Position numbers and translations under genes: made by a program
Source: an uncultured Candidatus Saccharibacteria bacterium
Lineage (GTDB): Bacteria; Patescibacteriota; Andersenbacteria; UBA10190
NCBI GenBank assembly: GCA_964359735.1
Contig: CAYHTZ010000005.1
Span: 3,882 to 67,881, forward strand
Reading direction: 5' to 3'
Length of the DNA stretch: 64,000 nucleotides
In this document: piece by piece, positions 63,750-64,000 of the stretch
Layout of the letters: the number at the start of each line of letters is the position of its first letter
Numbering within the stretch: the stretch's first letter is position 1
The notes under the pieces: model-generated
What the model was told of the DNA's origin: nothing
Databases searched by the model: none
What the model saw: only the letters and a program-made list of their open reading frames with translations

Positions 63750-64000
63750 TTACCTCTGCTTGTTCCGGTTCACCCACCACGTGTCATTCTTATTAGCAAA
63801 CCACCAGTGGTCGGAGTCGGTCTTCACAATTTCCTGGGCTAACTTTTTCGCTGACGCTGTCGAAAGTCTCTTTACTGCCAATGGAATCCAGGTTTTAGCC
63901 CGCTCGTTACCGATATCAAGCTGTTCTTTGAGAGATAAAATGAGCTCCAGCTGGTCGGCATCCTTCGCTACCTGTGCTTCACGTGTGGCTCTACTGTTGA
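63750..64000 (-). CDS. 3' end of an unidentified gene whose 5' portion lies beyond the window
   Basis: Minus-strand frame open from the window edge to a TAA at 63750-63752 (...DSDHWWFANKNDTWWVNRNKQR*). Confidence 0.3.
   Translation of the reverse strand, partial: NSRATREAQVAKDADQLELILSLKEQLDIGNERAKTWIPLAVKRLSTASAKKLAQEIVKTDSDHWWFANKNDTWWVNRNKQR

Noticed and set aside
1-64000. CRISPR array
   Set aside because: The only dispersed repeats are the four ~80-bp palindromic elements, tens of kb apart with unrelated flanks. No regularly spaced short direct repeats and no cas genes.

Overview
This 64 kb window looks like a compact bacterial chromosome segment at roughly 50-55% GC, tightly packed with housekeeping genes. 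Several proteins are minimal (a short HrcA, an AspRS without the GAD insertion, a split transketolase, a PriA-like protein with a degraded P-loop), and Shine-Dalgarno motifs are missing upstream of most starts. Together these suggest a reduced-genome lineage, possibly CPR/Patescibacteria-like; that assignment is inference only.

Genes identified from motifs, in order: a GT2 synthase and a WecA/MraY-family transferase (cell-envelope glycan); rplU, recR, dnaB, cysS; hrcA (preceded by a CIRCE operator and a sigma70-like promoter), grpE, dnaK, dnaJ; aspS, ctpA, rplI, pyrG, rpmA, gltX; a pentose-phosphate cluster (split tkt, rpe, rpiB); glmS; a folate/one-carbon island (folC, folP, a CADD-like pABA-synthase candidate, a ThyX-like ORF, glyA); ftsEX; prfB; ogt; htrA. 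Four tRNAs are present: Lys-TTT, Arg-CCG, Gln-CTG and Thr-CGT.

The most unusual item is a family of four ~76-88 bp palindromic, MITE/RPE-like repeats with terminal inverted repeats GAAACCCC...GGGGTTTC. Two copies lie in-frame and stop-free inside coding sequence (the DUF192 protein and the rpe N-terminus). One sits directly upstream of the ogt start codon, between ogt and the htrA stop, and is translated only in the uncorrected ORF call; the fourth fills the gap between two convergent stop codons.

Other points worth follow-up:
- prfB carries the conserved CUU-UGA programmed +1 frameshift; the ORF track truncates its N-terminus.
- A tRNA-Arg / tRNA-Gln bracketed ~1.4 kb islet holds a CFA-synthase-family methyltransferase.
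- Two tandem paralogous secreted proteins of unknown family.
- An orphan PEP-utilizing swivel-domain protein.
- A Memo-CapA fusion plus a distant AMMECR1 gene.
- Pseudo-enzymes: a degenerate ABC ATPase next to ftsEX, a degenerate PriA, and a CorA-like protein lacking the GMN motif.
- A 30-bp perfect GC palindrome and a structured leader upstream of aspS.
- An unusually long pyrimidine-skewed noncoding stretch at 26.5-26.9 kb.

Every call comes from reading motifs in the supplied translations and DNA. No database search was possible.
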